Part shown: positions 60,170 through 64,000 of the stretch, one piece after another
Layout: every line of letters begins with the position of its first letter
How positions within the stretch are numbered: the stretch's first letter is position 1
NCBI GenBank assembly: GCA_902625895.1
Contig: CACODD010000001.1
Location: 27,263 to 91,262, forward strand
Direction: 5' to 3'
Length of the DNA stretch: 64,000 bases
Source: an uncultured Alphaproteobacteria bacterium
GTDB lineage: Bacteria; Pseudomonadota; Alphaproteobacteria; Methylaequorales; Methylaequoraceae
Notes under the pieces: model-generated
Told to the model about the DNA's origin: nothing
The model's database searches: none
The model's input: the letters and a program-made list of their open reading frames with translations, nothing else
Made by a program: the position numbers and the translations under genes

Positions 60170-60889
60170 ATGAAATTTAATTTTAATTCAAATAGCTACT
60201 CTTTCAAACCAAGACCATTTCCCTTATTTGCTTTCATTGTTGCCTTATCAATACTACTTGGTCTTTCTGGATGGCAGATAAAAAGGCTTAACTGGAAAAC
60301 TGATTTGATAACGCAAAGAATTAGCAGCTTCGAGTCTGATCCTATTAGTATTTTAAGTTTGAATCAACCTGAAAAAAACGAATTCAGAAAAGTTTTTGTA
60401 GATGGTCAACTGCTGAATGATTTCGAAATGTACATGCCAGCATTAAGTAAAAGAGGTAACAATGGTTTTCATATTTTAGTACCATTAAAAACAACTTCAG
60501 GAAAGTTCATTATATATGACACTGGTTGGGTTCCTCTCAAAATAAAAGAAAAGGAAAAAAGATTGCTTAATATTTCAAAGAATCTACAAACCTTTGAGGC
60601 TGTGATCAGAACATCAGGAAGAAAAGGATATTTTCAACCCGAGAATGATACTAATACAAACACTTGGTTCTTTGTTGAACCAGAATTAATGAGTGAATAC
60701 CTTGAGATCAATTTTGAAAATCAATATTATCTAGAAGCTGTTAAAAATGGACCTAACGGGTTTCCTTTAGGTAATCAAACACGGATATATTTACGAAACA
60801 ATCATTTACAATACGCACTTACTTGGTTTATGATTGCTTGCGGTCTTATAGGTGTGTTCTTTTTTGCGAATATAAAAAAAATTAAATAG
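60170..60889 (+). CDS. SURF1 family cytochrome oxidase biogenesis protein
   Basis: 239 aa; N- and C-terminal TM helices, ..GWQIKRLNWK.. and ..NNHLQYALTWF.. motifs. Sits in the cox cluster. Confidence 0.85.
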   Translation: MKFNFNSNSYSFKPRPFPLFAFIVALSILLGLSGWQIKRLNWKTDLITQRISSFESDPISILSLNQPEKNEFRKVFVDGQLLNDFEMYMPALSKRGNNGFHILVPLKTTSGKFIIYDTGWVPLKIKEKEKRLLNISKNLQTFEAVIRTSGRKGYFQPENDTNTNTWFFVEPELMSEYLEINFENQYYLEAVKNGPNGFPLGNQTRIYLRNNHLQYALTWFMIACGLIGVFFFANIKKIK

Positions 60890-60891
60890 AC

Positions 60892-62274
60892 ATGATTTAT
60901 TCATCAACTAGAGGTAGTGATATAAACTTAAAGTTTGGTGATGTGCTTTTAAACGGATTAGCCAAGGATGGTGGATTATATGTCCCAAATAGCATAAAAT
61001 CGTACTCACAGGAAGAACTAGATTCTCTTAGAGAATTGGACTATTCAAGTCTGGCATTTGAATTAACGAAAGATTTTGTCCTAGGAGAGATTTCAGTAAA
61101 TGAATATAAAAAGATTTGTATCAATTCATATAAAAGGTCATTTGGAAAAGAAATAATATCATTTGATAAGCTTGATCAGCACAAATACATTGCAAATCTT
61201 TTTAATGGTCCAACTTATGCATTCAAAGATTTTGCATTACAATTGTTAGGTAATATATATGACTACGTATTAAAAAAAAGAAAAATAAAACTCACTATTC
61301 TTGGCGCAACATCAGGAGATACAGGTTCAGCAGCAATTCATGGATGTGCAAAATCCAATAATGTGAAAATTTTTATTTTGTTTCCATTAAACAGAGTAAG
61401 TGAAATTCAGAGGAAACAAATGACTACAGTTAAAAAAAAAAACGTTTTCAATATAGCAGTCAAAGGAAACTTTGATGACTGTCAAAGGATGGTAAAAAAT
61501 TACTTTAAATTAAACAATGAAACTAAGAAAATTAATTTAGCTGCTGTAAATTCTATAAATTGGGTAAGAATAATGGGACAAATTGTTTACTACTTTTGGA
61601 GTTATTTCAGAGTAAGTAGTAAATTTGATCCTATGAGTTTTGTCGTTCCTTCAGGAAACTTTGGAAATGCTTATGCCGGATATATTAGTAAGAAAATGGG
61701 CTTACCTATTAAAAAGATTATTATCGGTTCAAATAAAAATGATATTCTTACTCGGTTTTTTAAAACTGGAAAAATGAAAATTAAGAAAACATTAACCTCT
61801 TTAAGCCCAAGTATGGACATCCAGATTTCAAGTAATTTTGAAAGGCTCTTATTTGACTTTTATGAAAATGGAAAGATGATAGAAAAACTATTTAATAAAT
61901 TAGAAAATACGAAAGAATTTTCAGTAGCAAAAAGTCATTTAAGAAATATGAGGAAAACCTTTGGTTATGGTAGACTTTCAGACCTTGAAACAAAAAAAAC
62001 AATTAATCAAATCTTTGATAGATATAAACTGATCGTAGATCCTCACACAGCTGTTGGTCTCTCAGTTGGAGAGAAACAACTTAATAAAAAGGAAAGAAGA
62101 ATATACTTGGCTACAGCTCACTACAGTAAATTTATCAAAACAGTAAAAGAATCAGTAAAAAAAAAGGTTGATTATCCGAATAAACTAAAAGACATTTTAA
62201 AAAAAAAAGAAAAGTTCGAAATTATTGAAAATGACATAGATCAATTAGACAAACTAATTGTTAGACAGAACTAG
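60892..62274 (+). CDS. thrC: Threonine synthase (long form)
   Basis: 460 aa; MIYSSTRG.. N-terminus, PLP-lysine context PTYAFKDFALQ and GATSGDTGSAA. Confidence 0.92.
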   Translation: MIYSSTRGSDINLKFGDVLLNGLAKDGGLYVPNSIKSYSQEELDSLRELDYSSLAFELTKDFVLGEISVNEYKKICINSYKRSFGKEIISFDKLDQHKYIANLFNGPTYAFKDFALQLLGNIYDYVLKKRKIKLTILGATSGDTGSAAIHGCAKSNNVKIFILFPLNRVSEIQRKQMTTVKKKNVFNIAVKGNFDDCQRMVKNYFKLNNETKKINLAAVNSINWVRIMGQIVYYFWSYFRVSSKFDPMSFVVPSGNFGNAYAGYISKKMGLPIKKIIIGSNKNDILTRFFKTGKMKIKKTLTSLSPSMDIQISSNFERLLFDFYENGKMIEKLFNKLENTKEFSVAKSHLRNMRKTFGYGRLSDLETKKTINQIFDRYKLIVDPHTAVGLSVGEKQLNKKERRIYLATAHYSKFIKTVKESVKKKVDYPNKLKDILKKKEKFEIIENDIDQLDKLIVRQN

Positions 62275-62277
62275 AAT

Positions 62278-62844
62278 TTATGCATTGCCGAATGAGTTTG
62301 ATAGTTTTGAAAAATCAATTCCAGTTTTTTGAAGGGCGTTTTTCCACTTCTTCTCTGGATCAATTTCAAAAAGAAGATCTAATTCTTCATTTAAATTTAT
62401 CCAGCTATTTTGTTTTATCTCGTCCTCAAGTTGACCTGGTCCCCAACCAGAATAACCAAGCGAGATAAAAAATTGTTTAGGACCTTTGTTTTGTGCAATA
62501 TCCGAAATAATTTCAGTTGAACAGGTTAATTTAACTTGTTTGGAAACTTTCATTGTATTTTTACTTTCATAATCTCTTGTATGTAATATGAATCCATTAT
62601 TCTGATTTAGCGGGCCGCCTATATGAAATAGAAACTCAGTTTCCAAATTCTTTGAAACATTTTCAATATTCAATTTCTTAAAAAGTTGTGCTGCTTTGAT
62701 CGTCATGATCTTATAGTTAAGGACAATTCCCACTGCTCCATCTTTATTATGATGAGTAAGGTAAATTATACTTTTAGAAAAAAAAATATCGTTTAACTGG
62801 GGCAAAGCACAAATAATATTTCCCTTTAAATATTTATATTTCAT
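62278..62844 (-). CDS. YqgE/AlgH family protein (UPF0301)
   Basis: 188 aa; ..F.KS.IYL..HN.DGA.G.VLN.. and GYSGWGPGQLE motifs. Confidence 0.82.
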   Translation of the reverse strand: MKYKYLKGNIICALPQLNDIFFSKSIIYLTHHNKDGAVGIVLNYKIMTIKAAQLFKKLNIENVSKNLETEFLFHIGGPLNQNNGFILHTRDYESKNTMKVSKQVKLTCSTEIISDIAQNKGPKQFFISLGYSGWGPGQLEDEIKQNSWINLNEELDLLFEIDPEKKWKNALQKTGIDFSKLSNSFGNA

Positions 62845-62890
62845 ATATAAATTATTACAGATATTTTTTTTAATTCAATTAATAAGACTT

Positions 62891-64000
62891 ATGTTTATAA
62901 ATTTTTTTAAAATTTTATTTTTATTATTTGCAAATTTAACTATTGCGCAAGATTTTAATATTAAAAATAATCCTGCTTTAGTTAGTATAATTCCTTCTAA
63001 TGGAGTGTTTTTTGTTGAAGAAAATTATTATTTTGGTGTAAAGATAGAACTTCAAGAGGGGTGGAAAACATACTGGAAAAACCCAGGTGATGCTGGTGCT
63101 CCAATTACAATTAAATTTAAAGATCCTTCTATTAAAAATAAATTAAAAGTTTTATTCCCTTTTCCGGAAAAATTCACAGATCATGGTGTTTCAACAATTG
63201 GTTATGAAGGCCAAGTAATTTTTCCAATAAGAATTAAGAAAAATGAAATGGATAAAATAAATGATGTAATTAATTTAGATTATCTTGTTTGTAAAGAAAT
63301 TTGTATACCAATTTCGGAAACTAAAAAATTAAATCTTAATCTTCAGAATGTTGTTAAGTCTGATGTATTTTTAGCGAGTTATAAAACTGTTCCAAAAAGA
63401 AAATCGAATTATTTTAATATTGATCAAAACATCGTTTCAAGTGAAAAAATAAGTGTTGAATTCATTAATAATGATGAATTCGAAAATATTGAATTATTTG
63501 CTCACGCAGAAGATACAAGTCTCAAAGTCAAAAAATTAAAATCATCATTTGAAGTTTTTCTTGACAATAAAATAGGATTTTTGAGCAGTCCAATAGATTT
63601 TTCTATTTCAAATGGGAGTGTTTACGAAGAAATCTCGTTTGATTTCAATAAAAAAAAAAAACAGACCCAAATCATTTATTTTATAATTCTGGCTTTTCTT
63701 GGGGGCTTAATATTAAACTTTATGCCATGTGTTCTGCCAATCCTTTCTTTAAAGCTTTATTCGTTTCTTAGATTAACTCAGGATGACGATAATAAAATCA
63801 GGTTTGATTGTTCACTAACTGTAGCTGGAATAGTTACGTCATTTCTTTTTTTAGCCATTACAGTAATTTTTTTAAAAACAATTGGTGAGACAGTCGGATG
63901 GGGCTTTCATTTTCAAAATCAGTTTTTTTTGATCTTTATTTTAGTTTTAATATTAATTTTTAGTTTAAATCTACTCGGATTCTTTGAAATTATTTTACCA
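62891..64000 (+). CDS. DsbD/ScsB-family thiol:disulfide reductase (N-terminal periplasmic domain plus CcdA-like membrane domain; 3' end beyond window)
   Basis: Not in the ORF track because there is no stop in the window. ATG 62891 opens a 370-codon frame: signal peptide MFINFFKILFLLFANLTIAQ, ..GWKTYWKNPGDAGAP.., ..LVCKEICIP.., and a TM region with FMPCVLPILSLK. Confidence 0.78.
   Translation, partial: MFINFFKILFLLFANLTIAQDFNIKNNPALVSIIPSNGVFFVEENYYFGVKIELQEGWKTYWKNPGDAGAPITIKFKDPSIKNKLKVLFPFPEKFTDHGVSTIGYEGQVIFPIRIKKNEMDKINDVINLDYLVCKEICIPISETKKLNLNLQNVVKSDVFLASYKTVPKRKSNYFNIDQNIVSSEKISVEFINNDEFENIELFAHAEDTSLKVKKLKSSFEVFLDNKIGFLSSPIDFSISNGSVYEEISFDFNKKKKQTQIIYFIILAFLGGLILNFMPCVLPILSLKLYSFLRLTQDDDNKIRFDCSLTVAGIVTSFLFLAITVIFLKTIGETVGWGFHFQNQFFLIFILVLILIFSLNLLGFFEIILP

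Noticed and set aside
1-64000. Scan for tRNA, rRNA, CRISPR arrays, IS elements, riboswitch-sized leaders and toxin-antitoxin or defence-like gene pairs
   Set aside because: No spacer exceeds 151 nt and none shows tRNA-like or repeat-spacer structure. Every ORF above 60 aa that is not a shadow ORF has a housekeeping or envelope-related assignment. By-eye inspection cannot exclude short ncRNAs embedded in coding regions.

Overview
Visibly AT-rich (exact GC not computed), very gene-dense alphaproteobacterial chromosome segment. Gene content, gene order, tiny spacers and K/N/I-rich proteins all resemble SAR11/Pelagibacterales. I place 67 protein-coding genes, two of them truncated by the window edges (priA at the left, a DsbD-family gene at the right) and therefore absent from the ORF track. 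One further 29-aa ORF lies below the track cutoff. Content is core housekeeping. Minus-strand blocks: TCA-cycle genes (sdhCDAB, mdh, sucCD), nadA/nadC, leuCDB-asd, and the rpsP-rimM-trmD-rplS-ffh block. Plus-strand block: dapF-mtaB-ftsY, ribF-ileS-lspA, an M16 peptidase pair, pgi, mutL. Further right: purD, xseA, a lipid A/Kdo export cluster (lpxK-waaA-DUF374-msbA), pmbA/tldD, ubiA, gshA, and a complete aa3 cytochrome oxidase assembly cluster (coxB-coxA-ctaB-small ORF-ctaG-coxC-SURF1) followed by thrC. I saw no rRNA, tRNA, CRISPR array, transposase/IS, prophage or defence-type genes. I did not find convincing evidence for a novel multi-gene system; this reads as a conserved core region. The observations most worth a second look are: (1) rimM, whose conserved N-terminus lies upstream of any canonical start codon, implying ATT/ATA initiation; (2) an orphan GC-rich terminator-like hairpin in the ffh/dapF divergent spacer, a candidate sRNA end, leader element or operator; (3) a near-perfect, locally GC-rich 57-nt tandem duplication in the S16 tail; (4) two tandem Q/N/P/Y-rich lipoproteins between lspA and the M16 pair; (5) an untracked 29-aa membrane ORF between ctaB and ctaG; (6) genome-architecture extremes: a 21-gene co-directional train, 3' junctions of all eight convergent pairs overlapping or within 3 nt, and a 25-nt divergent spacer. 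All functional calls come from reading the translations (motifs and family recollection) and synteny. No database search was run.
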